64,000 bases of DNA from Pelomyxa schiedti (lineage: Eukaryota > Protista > Evosea): NCBI GenBank assembly GCA_020536535.1, contig JAHLWZ010000091.1:1-64000 (forward strand), read 5' to 3'. This document shows, in pieces, positions 11,700-26,200 of the stretch. The position numbers and the translations under genes are program-made. The notes beneath the pieces are model-generated. The model had not been told where the DNA came from. It was given only the letters and a program-made list of their open reading frames with translations, and did not search any database. Positions within the stretch are counted from its first letter, which is position 1. Each line of letters starts with the position of its first letter.

Positions 11700-14600
11700 A
11701 TGGAACCACGACTTCGTCGCAGCGTGTCGCTTTTGGTGGTGGCGTGTCTATGGTTGCTTGCATTTGCGTCTACGTCACATGGCCAAAAGCTCACTGGTTA
11801 CGAAGAGCTTGCCCAGGTCTTTTTTTTTTTTCCCGTGCTTTCAGATGTATGATTTTTTTTTGGTGTCTTCACTTATTGTTATTACTTCTTTATGTCTCCT
11901 TTTTCTTTGGGTTTTTTTATTATTATTATTGATGCTTCTTCATTTTGTGCAGTGCCTTGATACAGCGTATCTTGTGGCTGGAATCACAGGTTCTGTGGAT
12001 AAGCTTATTACCAAAGTCAGAAACATGACAAGTGACGATTACCTTGTTAGATACCAAGTATTTGATAGTACGTTATGGCTTCTCCTCATTTTCTCCTCTT
12101 TGGCAAGGATTGCTATGGCATTGAAGACACCAATATTACTTTATATTGGCCGGAGCCAACCCCAGGTGGAGCCTTGGATATAGCACTCACAAGTGGAACT
12201 ATCCGTCTAGGGGCCCTACCAGTGGATGGCCAAATTTCTGATGGCATTAAAATGTTTAGTGACAGGATTACGGCAATGTACCGCTTCATTCTATCTCGCT
12301 CGTCTTCACTCCACATAGCATTGCTGCTCACTATGGTATCAAGTCCCTAAAGCTTAATATGACTCGGTATACTGATGTGGACTCATTATTACATGATATT
12401 GATGAACGTGTTATATATGGTGGTGCCACTTTTTCCTGCAACACTTTCATCCAACACGTCTCCTAGGTTCAATGCCCATGTTTTCGTTGGGAACCGTTGC
12501 CAGTCAACAACGCATTTCCACGTTGTATCGCACATGTTGCTCTTATATTACAGGGCACACTTATGCTTTTTCCCCAAAGCAGTACAATGTTCTTCTTCTC
12601 GATTTGAAGGCATCCAATTCACAGTATTTTGGCAGATAACCTCAGTTGACGCTTTACGTAAAGCTTTATCAAGCACACCCGGTTCCACTGTATCCAATGT
12701 ATTCAATTCAATGAAAAAATAACTCGGTCTAGTTAGCTGCAGTGTTGATTGGAACTCACCAAGTAGTCCAAGCAAACTTCCCCACAACCCTTGTGTGGCT
12801 GTTCAACAATGTTTCGACAGCTGTTGAAGCAATGCTCCAGCCTGATGCAAGAATTTTGGCAGTGAGTGGAGAATCTTGGGAGGTATGCGCATATTTACCA
12901 GCCACTCTACTGAGCGATCTAGTTTTTTCACAACCCCGACTGGGATGGTTATCCACTAGACTTTTATTCCCCCACAGTAATAATTGTTCCCAAAGAAACC
13001 CGCATCGAGGATAAAGTACAAAAGCTGTATTGTTTTAGCAAACTGACTTTTGGTCATAGGTTGCAGTGGGTGGTACAATTGAGAACTGGCAACAGGGGAA
13101 TGAGGACCTAGCAAATGTGTATGACGCTGCTGTGTTGAACATGTTTCAATGGAATTACTTTCAACAGCACTTCGGATCTCTCACAAGCGTGCGCATTGCT
13201 GTGCGTTCTCCTCTTCAAAACTACATCATAACAAATTTTAGGATTGTGTCAATGGCGATGGATTCTCTTTCCAGCAACCAAGAGGTTATCATATTTCATT
13301 TCTCATATTCCCCCTTATGAATATAGAGGGAGTTCTGGCAACAGTATATACCACAGGTATTATACGTGTAGGAGTTTCCAGAAGAGAAGAAGGAATCCTC
13401 CTAACTGCTGTCTCTCAAAACAACATTTCGGGTCTAATTGTTGATGCTGAGCAGCAAATATGTGCTAGGTGAAACTCCCAATTTGTACCTGTGTTCTCAA
13501 GTGTTTTCAGTATTTCTGTGAACCTGGGAAAGTTCATTAATCCACAGTACTTTTATTATGAAACAGATGAACTCCTCTTGGAGGCGTTGGCAACTGGAGA
13601 AATTGATCGTATTTTCACGTAATATTATAACACCTTTGATTTAATACCCCTTTTTTTGCCTCCAACAAAAGACACACTTCCTGTTGTATTTGAAGGTGGT
13701 GTCATATCAAATGGCACACTCAAACGCTGGGTGTATCGCTCTTCATGTATTTCATTCTCAGATTTCTCTTATATCTTGGCGAGAACTCCACTTGCAACAG
13801 TCTCGGAACTACCAATTACTAGTTCTAGCAAGGTTTGCTATTTCTTTTTTTCTCCAGCATCACCTACGATTTAATGTTCCCATTCTCCCCAAGACTGGTG
13901 GGGTACTCTCCCGGAGCTGCAATGCTTTGAAAATCGTGTACCAAATACGATGCACTCACGAGTATGACACTATGGACGAGGGGCTGGCAGCTCTGCGCGG
14001 TGGCATTATTGATTACCTTGTTGCTGATGCATGGCTTATACGTCAAGCCAATGTAACGGGCCTGTACAATACTAGTACTACAGTTATGGCACCACGAGTT
14101 TCATTTTTCAGAAAGGACAAAGTTTATGGTATGGCCTTGGATCCAATGAGCTGGTGTTTCTAATTGTTATCAAAGCCTGCGGTGATGATATTTATGATGC
14201 ATCCCTTGGGGAAGAATGTGAAGTCAAGGGATTCGGTTGTTCCCAGACTTGCTCTTGCATGGAAGGATTCCGAGTTATCGGGAATTACTCTTGTGAAGAA
14301 GTGAATGATGATGGTCCCAGTATTGTGGGAATTGTTGTCGGTGTTTGCCTTGGTTCTGTGGCGCTTATCCTGGGGGCCTTAGTTGGTACTATCCTGGTTG
14401 TAAGACATATGAACAAGTAAGTTCTTTTTCCCTATATCCCGTTCTAATTTTTTTAAGGCAAACTCAACTTGAAGCTGCAATCAGCCTTGAACAGAGACAA
14501 TTTTTGAAACGGGAAAAAAAAGAAGCTGAAGAGTTTTTTGATGCATCTAAATCCACGTGTGTTTGTGTTTGTGTTTCTTCCACTTCAATATAACAATTGA

Positions 14601-16563
14601 TTAGATTGGTGGAGAATCCCGACGATTTCATGCTCGGGCTATCGATTTCTGAGTTCACCTTTGGGGGTTCATCTCTCAAAGCTGTTGACACTAAACTGGA
14701 GGAAGTGTTCCAAATTACAAACGAGACTAAAAATACAATCTACTGGTCGTTTTATTGCCCCCAGTCACATAAATTTGCCCTGCAAATGGAACCTCAATCA
14801 GGATCTCTGGACCCAGTATTCTCCACAAAATTTTTTTACCTTGTCTTACCCCCTGTAGATGACGGAGTGGGACATCACTTGCACAGCCATGGTGTACTGC
14901 ACAACCTCCGTACAGACACATCTTGCTATTGTTGCTGGGACAAGTTCGCTAATACCCTTTCCAACTTCATTCTAAACCAAGTTCCACAGAGCACAACAAG
15001 GAACAACAGCGTTTCAACATTCCGTTGAATTTGAAAACCATGAACTCGAACAAGCTTGACCCAGATGAACTCGAAACTGACAAGCAAATAGGTACACTTC
15101 TAATTTCTCTTACTCTGGCCCTTTGGCTAAGACATGAAGGTGAGGGCACTTTTGGAATTGTTTTTAAGGGTACCTGGCGAGGAGCTGAAGTTGCAATTAA
15201 GGTTATTAAGTCCATTTCTTGGTAAAGTCCTGATAAAAATGATAAGGTTCTGAAAAATCAGGATCAAACCTACACCAAGCAAAATAAAGAGGATTTTGAG
15301 CGTGAAGTATGTTGAATTATGGACTCGATTAATTAATTGATTTTATCCAGGTTCAAATGATGGTTTCTTTGAAGCACCCTCAGGTCCTCTTAGCTTAGTG
15401 CTATCACCTTAAACCTAACACGTTCCTCCAATCACAGATTGTTACATTCTATGGTGCTGTATTTGTTCAAGGATCTCTGGCTATTGTTACAGTACATCTT
15501 TTGCATTATTACTTCACCTGTTTCGTAAGGACTTATACCCTTTCCAGGAGTTCATGCCATACGGTAACTTACAAAGCCTAATGAAGGACACGAGCAATCC
15601 TTTGTCCTTTAAACTCAAATGCAAATTCATTCTCGACTGTTCTAAGGCCATGGACTTCTTGCATCATGTTTTTTATTCTTAATGTAGCTCTTTTCTAACT
15701 TGGTGTTTCTAGAGTAATGTGATTCACAGGTTTCCAAGTCTTTCTTTTTTTCTTTTTCACTCAACTGCTCACAGAGATCTCAAGCTTGAAAATTTACTGG
15801 TTGCATCTCTGGATGCTTCTGCTTTTGTGTGTGCCAAGATCACAGATTTGTATGCTGAATGCAAACCGCATCGTTACAACTAATCACTCTAAAAAGCGGT
15901 ACCACAAAGGCAGTCCAAGATTCTCACACTTCACAACATATGACGAAGGCCATTGGAACCCCTATTTATATGGCTCCTGAGGTGAAGTACACTTGTTATC
16001 GTTTGGTTTTTCTCATTAGGATTGCGAAAGGTCTTTGAAAAATCACTTTACAGTACAAAAACAGACGTTTTCAGGTATGGCTGTTGCTAAATATCTCCTT
16101 TTTCAAATTTTCTAGCTTTGCCATAATGTGTTGGATTTTGTTCACTGGACAAGGTATTGATACTCTTCCGCATACAAATAACCAACATTCAACTCAGAGC
16201 CCTACACTGAGTTTGGTGATTCAATTTGGAGTATGCTTTTTTTCTTTCAATCCTTGGCAACTTAGCACTAACAATACAACCACAGAGATTGGTGACTTTT
16301 TATTGAAGGGAGAGGTACGAGTTTCTATCTACTTTAGAATAACTTGTTCACACCGTTACCCTCCAGCGGCTCCCAATCCCTGCTGATCTGAATCCCAAAA
16401 TTGCCGACCTGATAAAGATCTGTTGGGACCAAGACTCAAACAACAGACCAGGTTTGTACACCAAAACATCTTTTTGCAGTCAAATGACACAACTCTAGAT
16501 TTCTCAAGTATCATTGTTATGGTTCAGGAGCTTAGTGTAAAGAAACACCACCACAAACACTAA
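11700..16563 (+). CDS. Single-pass receptor kinase of the TKL group: signal peptide, periplasmic-binding-protein-like ectodomain, Cys-rich repeat, TM helix, Ig/MSP-like segment, kinase
   Basis: MEPRLRRSVSLLVVACLWLLAFASTSHG; GALDIALTSGTIRLGA; EGLAALRGGIIDYLVAD; CGDDIYDASLGEECE; TM IVGIVVGVCLGSVALILGALVGTILVV; GEGTFGIVFKG, VAIK, HRDLKLEN, DFG, GTPIYMAPE. Confidence 0.9.
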
Positions 16564-16689
16564 ACTGATCACCCTAGCTGGAGAACCAGCATAAACCACA
16601 GCACCAGTGACAACCCTCTTTTTGTGTTAAATATACTACAAAGAAGCATAGTTTATTCCACAACATCCACTGAAGGTTACTTTTTTTTG

Positions 16690-17950
16690 TTACAATCTTC
16701 TTCGTTTTGAAGAAAAACACCCTCCTTGTTGCTGCCGCGCCGATTCCCTTTTCCTTCCTTCACTAGTATCTTCCTCCAAATCAGAGTTGTAATCACTGTC
16801 ATCCTCTCCACTCCCAGTCCCACAAGATGACAAGCTGTCATCACTTCGGAATCCTTCATCAGCACTGGAATCATCACTCGTCTTAGAAGTCCTTGTTGAA
16901 CGATGGTGGAGGCACGAGGGCCGGTGCGTGGGATGCAAACCCTGGTCCTCCACCTCGTCATCGTCGGAAATGGTTCTGTCCAAATAAGAAGCTCTTCTCA
17001 GTTCCGGGAAAGCACTCGCCAAGCAGCGCTGAACTCCCGGAGGAAGTTCCGCGAATGTGTTAGTAGCAGTGCCTCCATCATCCAGTGCCTCTTCCACATC
17101 GTTGAAGGTGATGGAGTAGTGGGATACCAGCCAGTGAACAACGCTAATGTGCCCACCAAGGCAGGCAGAGCGGAGAGAGAGTAGAACGGGACAATGCTTA
17201 TCTCTTGTCTCAGCACTCCTGGATATGCCCCACGTGGGGAGTGCGAGGTCACCCAGTGAAGCTGCCCACTGTGCGATGCCAAGCCAACCATTTTGGCAGC
17301 TGGTTTGAAGTACCTCAAATTCATTGGCAGCCAGGTCGTCGGGCTTAAGCCTGAAGGAAGTGTGCAACCATTTGAGGAAGTTTAGGTGCCCGTGAGTAGC
17401 ACCAACTCGGAGAACAAGGTTGTCACAGTCCCCCTAAGGTGAGTTGCAAGAAAAACTTTCACTTTTACACGCAGTAGCATTAGAATCATAATAATAAAAA
17501 AAGTATATTCCAGAGACAACTCAAAGGTTCAACAAGACTTGGGAGTTGGAAATTGAACCTGGAGAAACTTGACACCAGTTGCCAGCCTGATGAAAAACCT
17601 GTCCGACTCAGTCTCGCACACGTCGGGCTTCGTGAGACCCCTGACGAGCCTGAGGGCCTCGGCGGGCCTCACGTACCCCCACCTCGCGCACACGATCACC
17701 ACGTCCGTGGGCGAGACGCACCACGCGCCGTCGGTCACGTAGCGCGCCACGGGCCGAGACAGAAGCGGGAGGGCCTGCGAGAGGCGCAGCAGGGCCACCA
17801 AGTTGGAGCCGCACGGGGAGGAGTACTGGGTGGGGACGACGCCGGACCTGCAAAGTGAGTTATGGGTGGCGGAACCCCAAGGGAAGAATTAACCAACCAC
17901 AGCCCACGGCACAACAGAGAGACCCACGCCCGCTCTTTGGCGTTCATCAA
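16690..17950 (-). CDS. Hypothetical protein with degenerate ankyrin-like repeats and an acidic/Ser-rich tail
   Basis: CARWGYVRPA, VGATHGHLNFLKWL, SCQNGWLGIAQW, SACLGGHISVVHWLV; C-terminal SSKRRRL. Confidence 0.65.
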
Positions 17951-18218
17951 CTATTTGTTTTCAGGAAGAAGTACAACGAAAAAGTCAGTCTCTTGATGAT
18001 CTTGGTCACCCAACGCGTGCTGGTTGTTTTGTGTGGGTAGGGATGAGAGAACACTCTTTTCCAGGTTAGCTCACCTACGTCTTCAACACCCTCTCCAACA
18101 AAAAAAGTGGGTTGCGTGGTTGCGTCAAGCGTGGTCTGGTGGCTCAGCGAGCCATTCCCATTAAGTCAGTGCCTCCCGGCATCGCCCAGGCAGGGTCCTG
18201 TTTGACGAGGACTCCTGC

Positions 18219-18708
18219 TCAAGCGTGCAGCAGGCGGGATTGTTTGTTGGGGAGCCTCGGCTCGACTACCTGCCGGGTCGCAGGCTCCCCTAATGGGAAC
18301 GGGATTGGTGGTCCCGTTACCCCGATGAAGCACTGGCAGGCCGAGTTTAGTACCCGGTGTCGCAGAACTTTGCGACAATGACAACCGTCATCGTGCCAGA
18401 GACCCCAGCGGGGTAATGAGGCCCAATCGATGGAGATGGTGGTAGCCCCATCCTCGCAGTTGGGATCGGCGAAAAGACGCATTTTTCGCAAAGGTCGTCG
18501 GAAGATTCCATTCAGTCGAATTGAAACAAATGTTTGAAGTAACGCTCGTGCTTTTTATGCACACAACCCGAAGTTTTCTCATCTTCTCCACTCTGATAAA
18601 ATCACTTTTCATCTCGTACATTTCATTATGGGATGGGTCTGGACCCGAGCAAACGGAAGCCCACGATTCAGACTGCTCATCGTTTAGTCGCGGTGTATAC
18701 CGGCGCAA
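18219..18708 (-). pseudogene. Possible frameshifted gene remnant
   Basis: Two overlapping protein-like ORFs (18388-18708 and 18219-18491) that would join by a frameshift near 18490; no family recognised. Confidence 0.25.
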
Positions 18709-18778
18709 CTTGCAAGTTCACCTCATCCACGTCTCTCAGAAATGGTTTCTGCCATCAATCCCTCGCTTTCTTCCAGAA

Positions 18779-20736
18779 ATGACCAGCGCAAATGGCGAAG
18801 ATGAACGACCGAGCAGTGGGCCACCTAAAAAACTACGCACTGGGGCAACCACAGCACCGGATAGAACTGCCAAGTTGGAGCGGATCGCCGCATCGCTGTC
18901 CCGTGCCCCGACGCGGCAAAAGGCCTTGGACTGCGTGATGTCCTTCATGCCCCTTCCCGTTTTGCTACAAGTTTCGTGTTTATGTGACTGTGAATGTGTC
19001 TTAGAACCGTCGTGTGTGAATCGGCACAGCCACACCCATAAGTTCGAAGCGAAGGCTCAACGACCTAACCAAAACGAACGCCCACTAACAGGTCGAAAGA
19101 GTTGCCCGCATGCGGGTCACGCACGACACGTTCGTTGTGGTCCAGCACCTCACAACCGACCTGTGCTTCAGACTGTTGCGGCTCTGCTCAAAGGACGTGT
19201 GCGAATCTTCTGCATCCGACTTGGACCACCTGAGAGACCGAGTCATTCGAGGATTCGTTTACTTGCTGAGCGGCACCGACCACTCCATAGTTCTCGATCT
19301 GTTGTGGAGGGACAGCTCCAGGTGCCCGTACTCTAACTCCGAATGGCCTTTGGTGTGGAATTCCTTGTGCAAGGATCACAGGCATTGCGGGGGAGCTCCT
19401 TTGCGCGAGATAGGCGAGGCTCTTCGCGACTATGAAAGCTACTCTATCATCACAAAGAAAAGGACACCCTACGGCACTATGCCCTCGAAGCGAGCTGTGA
19501 GAGTGGAAGAGTTTCTTACCGGGCTGTGCGAACCCAAGGCTTTATTTTCTGTTCTGGAATGCGTTTCATCCTGGTTCCTTGAGTTTGCGTGCATGTCAAA
19601 CAGCTTACTGGAGATTGTTGTTCGTCCGGGTCTTTCTCTGTTTAGGTTTCATATTTTTTTTTATTTACAAGTCACTTCTGAAGTAACCCCTTTTCACTTA
19701 GTTTGGAGAGTTACGATAAGGCCTATTTTGCCGCCCTCTCTTCTAAATCGATTGCCTTGGCACGCAAAGTTAGAGAACCACAAACTCTCTGGATCTATGA
19801 CAGAAATGTCAGGAGATTGCTCATCGATATGTGGCTACATGGAATTCCACCTGGGGACCCTGTTTGGAACAAAATTCACGCAATTCCTATAATGTGTGTT
19901 GGGAAAGTGGACCAAAGGACAAAGGCATTTATGCACAAAGAAGATTCTGATGCTTCCGAGTCTGATGACGACTTTGGGCTACTTCCCCCAAACTGTGCCT
20001 ATATTGTGGAGCTGGTGGATGGCAGTGGGGTTGGCCACAAGCTCGTTTTTGATTTCAATCAAGGCGATGCTGATGCCAATACTGGAATTTTTGGGCATGC
20101 TCTTTCTGCAAGGGGTATATGGGTCACTTTCGCTGGAGATGCCTTATGCGACTCCGGAACTCTCGTAACAGCAACAGACCTAGCACTCCATGTATTTTTC
20201 CTCATTTTTTAACTACTCTAATTTTTTTCTTTGGGATTTACAGACATTTGTTCCCCACAACAAGGATTTTCCTCAAGGCCTTCTTCCAGCCAAATCCACA
20301 TGGACAGACAATAAATTCACTTTTGGTTCCCAAGTCGAATTGATTTGCTTTGCAGTTGCAATGCTGTGCATGAAACGGGTGCGTCCTCTTTTCTTAGAGA
20401 GTAAACTAACTATGATACATGCAGCCACCCATGGCCTTCACTGGAGTAGGAGCGTCTCTCGCCCGGAATTCCTTGAAATCTCTTCTCACCATTGTCTTCC
20501 GCAAAGTAGTGCAACAAAACAACCTGTCAGCACTGATCCCATCATCATTCATTGAGCAAGTAGCCAGGCTTGTGGATCCCAAGTTCCCCATTGTTAACAA
20601 CAGCACAACAAACACAAACCATCCCACCAAGACAACAACAGCACCAACAATTGGTGATCCTTGGCCATATGGGCAACTGAAGCCGTACCCAGAACAGATC
20701 AAACTTTGGCGAAGTGGCAAAGACTCCAACACATAA
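18779..20736 (+). CDS. Hypothetical multi-exon protein
   Basis: MTSANGEDERPSSGPPKKLR start; long exons at about 19110-19630, 19700-20190 and 20245-20450 flanked by GT/AG; 3' end uncertain. Confidence 0.6.
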
Positions 20737-21027
20737 AGAGGGTGAATTCTCAGCCTTAAAAAAGGAACACCGGGAGGTCAAAAAAAGCTCGCTGAACTTA
20801 GTCCGCAGCGAAAAGTGCGTATTTTCACTACGTTTCATTGTCAACGAACCTGATGCCATGAAAAAACTTCCGCCGAAAACGTGAAGCACTATCTGCTCTT
20901 CTTAAAACAGTAGGATCGCCCCGATAGAAACACAAAAAAAACTCAAAAACAGGCCCGCACTACGCGGACAACGGTTGTTTGGTGCTAAAGGTGAAAGTAA
21001 AGTGCCACACAAAAAGGTGAGACTGAG

Positions 21028-22057
21028 ATGTCATCTTCGTCACCTCAGCCGGGCACTCTTGTCAAAAAGGTCCCACCACCCATCACAATCAACAAGAAAA
21101 AACGAAGACGGGGGGCCTCCGGTGTCGGTGCTGCTTCTGGGCCTGGATCTACGTGTTCACGACATGCAGAAGAAAACCAGAGACAACTACACTCCAGAAG
21201 TCACGCCGTAAAAGCAGGTGTGCAATCGCATCTACCTTAGAATTTACAAGTTGCCATTTACTATGGAAGTAACCCTCAAAATTAACATAGCAGAATTATT
21301 TTGTTGGTGGTAATTTGTTCAGACTTATTTTAACCTTGATAACGCAGACTCTGTTGTATCATTAAACTTTGTTCTCTTTATTCCTACTACACTTTCACCG
21401 GATTTGATCAGAAAGCACCCTCTTGTCCGAGCAATATGCGAGACAATAGAGGACTCAGTGTTTATGATTCTTGACAGAAGAGCCTTTCCTGTTGTTATGA
21501 ACCAATATGGCTTCAGGCTGCTGGGGCTACGACCTACGTTGCACTACAGCGCTTCAAAAAGATCACAAACAAGCACTTCAACACAACACCCCACTTCTCA
21601 GCAAAGATTTCTAGAAAATCTGGACAATTTGACTCATATCCATACACCAGGGGGCCCTCGACTTTCAAATGACCTGCCAACCTCCCCCGAGTCCACCTGC
21701 ACCGTCCAAGCAATTCCCCTGACAGAAGATAACGTATATTCCTCCAACTGGCTCGATACATTTGTTGTGGAGGGGCAAATTGAGGAATGTCACGATCTTT
21801 GGGCACTGACTGTTGCTGGGGAAGTTCCATCCGTAATGCCAGACTTGACAAACGAGCACGAACGGAAAGGCACAACCCTCGTAAGAGTGTACAGTGGAGA
21901 AGGAAGTGTACTGGACTACAACTGGACTGGGATAAGACTAGTGGACCAGACTGGAAATTTCATTGCCAGTTTGCACATGGGTTCTCCAAGGAGGGAAGTG
22001 GATAACAGAGTAACAGGGATTGCACAAGAACTAACTGATGTTTTAACACTTTCTTAA
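21028..22057 (+). CDS. Hypothetical protein with a basic NLS-like tract and a PAS/PAC-like domain
   Basis: KKKRRR; LVRAICETIEDSVFMILD..FPVVMNQYGFRLLG (PAS N-terminal half); IRLVDQTGNFIASLHMG (PAC-like). Confidence 0.55.
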
Positions 22058-22119
22058 AGAAACAACAAAATGAACATATTTCAGTATAAGTTGTTCTTTA
22101 TTTTACTCCTTGGTTCTCT

Positions 22120-23006
22120 TCTTCGACTTTTGTTTGTAAACAACCCAGCCGACACATACACCAACTCCCCCAACAACAATAACACCAAGTATGCAACCTG
22201 TCAAATGTTATCACAAAGAAAAAGAGGAACGAGGAAAAACTACGCACCATAGACAATTGGTTTCAGGTTTGCTGTGTGGTTATTAGTCGAAACAGAAAAT
22301 AGTGGGGAAAGGAAAAAAACATACTCTCACAATCAGGATAGCCAGAGTTTCCACCAGAGCAAATCATGCAGCCGTATTCAGGGTGATCATCTGTTACACA
22401 ATACGTAAATACCCTTAAAGGACTTCATTTTTGCATAGATGATATTATATCTTTACAACTTAATAATGGTATTAATAATGGAAGGTAGGGAATTCAATGA
22501 AATGAAATGCATACACGCGCTTGTGCAGGATTCACAGATTTCGTACTCGATGCAGTTGACGCATCCCCTGCTCGAGCAGAATGGCTGACTATCCGAGGCC
22601 GTGGGGGCCAAATCCTCCACGACGGCGTACCTCTTCCTCAGCCTGTCCTCCAAGTGCGAAGCCTTTGCAGCGAGGCTCTGGGCCAACTCGGCGGCCGAAG
22701 CAGCGGCAGCTGTCGCAGAGGGCGCAGCGCCGGCGGGGGCGGCAGAAGGGGTGGGTGATGTGCGCATGGACGCGCGTTCCGCGAATGTGTGGGGCATGTT
22801 GCCAGCATGCCTGGGAGGCACGAGAGCCAAGGTCCCTACGACTACCGCCAACAGCAGTAACAACTCACTCCCTGTTTGTTTGTTTGTTGTTTTTGTTTGA
22901 AGAGGTCAGTTCAACAATTTTCTTAAGAAACGTAGAGAGGAATGGTGGGGAGAAAGCTAGAAGATTTAAAAAAAAAAAAAGAAGCGCGGAGAGGGGCCGC
23001 ACTCAT
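22120..23006 (-). CDS. Small Cys-rich, probably secreted protein (multi-exon)
   Basis: LLLLAVVVGTLALV hydrophobic leader, Ala-rich linker, FCSSRGCVNCIEYEICESCTS, YGCMICSGGNSGYPDCE; start and end uncertain. Confidence 0.5.
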
Positions 23007-23236
23007 CACTCCTGATGTTGCCCTTCGTTTGTGGGGTTTTTTTCCGACAATTTCCTGTCAGTTGCTGAATAGATCTTTGGGGACTTGATTGGGGCAGGAG
23101 CAGTCTCTCAGGCTCCTGTCAACCCCACTACTTCGTTAGGCGGTTCCTCCAGTGTTCTTCATGCCCCTAATTCAACACACCAGTCCCATTCAGAATCCCC
23201 TTCGTGTAACGATCGAAATACAACGAAACAGAGGTA

Positions 23237-26200
23237 ATGAGAGTGCCGTTGTTGGCAGTGTGTCTCGGGCTCGCGATCGTGGGATGCGCTCGGGCTTCCA
23301 CCACGATCTCGTCTCTTTCGTCTTGGAGGCTCCAGTCCGCGGCTGTAGCCCAAGTTGGCGGCCAACAAGCATCTACGGCGGGGTACGACGATTCGTCGTG
23401 GTACCCAGTGTCTGTTCCATGTACAGTTTTCGCTTGTCTACTCCAGGTTCGTTTTTTTTTTTTTTTTTTGGTTTCACATAAACACTTTTTGTTGTCATTG
23501 TGTCATGCGTGTAGAATGGGGTGTATGAGGAACCTTTCTATGGAATCAACTTGCAATCAATATCGTCTGAACCTTTTAATTCGAGCACTTGGTGGTACCG
23601 TACTGAGTTCACTATCCCGGATGATGCTGTTGATTACAACGTCGATATCCTATTCAAAGGGTTTATTCCTTAGTCTACATTTTGGAGAGCTAACACCCAG
23701 TTTCCCTTCTCAAGGATCAACTACCGAGCCAATGTTTGGTTCAACGGAGTTCTAATCGGCAATGAAGAAGACATTGTTGGTACTTTCAGGTACCTTGCAG
23801 TACCATGGAAGACACGTCACCAATTCAATAAAGATGGTTCTCATTTGACATAACATCCATGTTACTCACATCTGGTGTATCTAATGCGTTGGCGCTGGAA
23901 ATTTATAAACCATATGATGTTTCACTTGGAGCAAGTGATGCAACTGACTTGGCAATCTCTTTTGTGGACTGGAGTCCTGAACCACCTGATAGTACCTCCA
24001 CCCTGCATTGCACTTCAGGCATTCATCTTTGAAACAGGCAACATGGGTTTATGGCAAGAGGTTCTTCTTCGATACACAGCTGCCTCTGTATCGATTGCCT
24101 ACCCACAAGTTTCCGCGGTTGTGGCAGAGGATGCGTCTACAGCTGATGTGTCTGTACTCCTAGAATTGTATAACTATGCTACTACCTCTGTATCGGGGGT
24201 TCTTTCCATTACCATGCCCAAAGTGGACACAATCACGAAGTCTGTTACCGTTCCACCTCGTTCAAGCATTCAAGTTCTTTTCGACCCAGCAACGTTTGCT
24301 CCTTCTCAGTTAACTTACCACTTTAATTTCTTTTAGATTTCCTTCATTATCAATTGAAGAGCCTGACTTGTGGTGGCCATGGCAAATGGGAGCCCAAAAC
24401 ATGCAAACGTTAACAGCTTCCTTCACCATTGGGTATATTTTCAATCTTATCTGAAACTCCCTTGGTCAACTTCATTTATAGGGTACTTGTATCAGATACA
24501 ATATCTGCACAATTTGGCTTGCGCCAAGTTACATCCGAATTGAGTGATGGCCACAGATTGTTCAAGTTCGCTCATCAACTTTGCCGATAATTTTGACTCA
24601 TTAAAAAGGGTTAATGGGAAGCCAATTCTCCTTCGAGGTGGTGGCTTCACACCAGACCTGTTCCAGCGATCGAGTCCTCAAAGACAAGAGACTGAAATGA
24701 TGTATATGGTAATCGCCCTATTTATTCTTGTTGCTACTCTTAATCCCACATCACAGCGCGATATGAACATGAATACCATCAGGTTGGAGGGAAAGTTCGA
24801 AAACGACAATTTCTATACTCTTGCCGATAAATATGGAATGCTAATAATGCCAGGGTGGTGTTGCTGTGTAAGTACTTTTGGGTTTGGTCTAACTGCGCTC
24901 TGACGTTGGACACAGGATGCATGGCAACATTGGTCTCTGTGGTCTGACGAGGAACACTACGTTGCTGCTGAATCGACTAGGTCTCAAGTGAAACGCCTCA
25001 GAATTCACCCCTCAGTGTTTGTTTTTCTTTATGGTACAGCTCTTTTGATTAGGGCACAACATAACAATTCTCAAAGGTTCTGATGAAGCACCTCCATTAG
25101 ATGTTGAGAGTGAATACCTGGAAGTCTTCCAGGAAGAACAGTGGTCTGTTCCCACACTTGCATCTGCTGCAGCTACCACGTCAGATTTAACAGGCTCAAC
25201 TGGCGTACTACCCTAATTTAATTATTGTGGATTGGAGAGGGAGAACACGGGTGTAACTGGCTTACGCTTTTTAAAGGTCAAAATGAGTGGCCCTTATTCA
25301 TGGGTTCCCCCAAATTACTGGCTTACAGACCCTGGCTTTTGGGGAGGTGGCTATGGTCTTCTCACTGAGGGAGGACCTGGTGAAGCACCTTTAACTTATG
25401 AGAGCTTAATTAGGTATGACCTTTCATGCTGGTTCTACAAAACAACATTTAAAGAATGCTTCCATCTGATCACTGGTGGCCTGTTGACTCCTGGTGGGAC
25501 TATCACACTGCCCCAGGGGTAATCAAAGATTTCCGATATTTTAGCCCTCCTCTTAATGGTACCATCTTAAAACTGCTTTCTCTTTCCAAACGGTGTAATA
25601 GCCAGGTACGGTGAACCGCAAAATGCGGTGGATTTCTCCTATACCTCCCAAGTTGCCAACTACGAAGCTATGAGATCCATGTTTGAAGGATATAGTCGTA
25701 ACAAGTACACTTCAACTGGTGTCATTCAATGGATGCAAAATAACCCCTGGTATTTTACCTATGTCGTTACTGGTTAACCATTTTCACAGGTTTTCCAATA
25801 AGTGGCACATGTACATTCCTCAGTGTAGATAAAATCGCATTTTCTGACATCCAACAGGTATGATTACTTCCTTGTCCAAGGTGGTGGCTACTTTGGATCC
25901 AAGAAAGCATGTGAGGTACTGTAAATACCTCTACTTTTCTAAGTAATTGTTTGCCTTATTCCAGCCTCTTCATATCATGTACGCATATGATGATAATAGT
26001 GTCTATGCCATCAACAGCCTCTACTCTGATGTTACGTCAATGAAGGCATACATGGATCTTATACTGCTCAATGGAACGGTTGTATCTCATGACACTGCCA
26101 GTGTACCCTTGGTTCCAGCAGATGGGAAATCTCAAGTTTTTCCTTCTGTGCCAAAGCCTTCCAGTGCTGATGGTGTTTACTTCCTTCATCTTACACTTTA

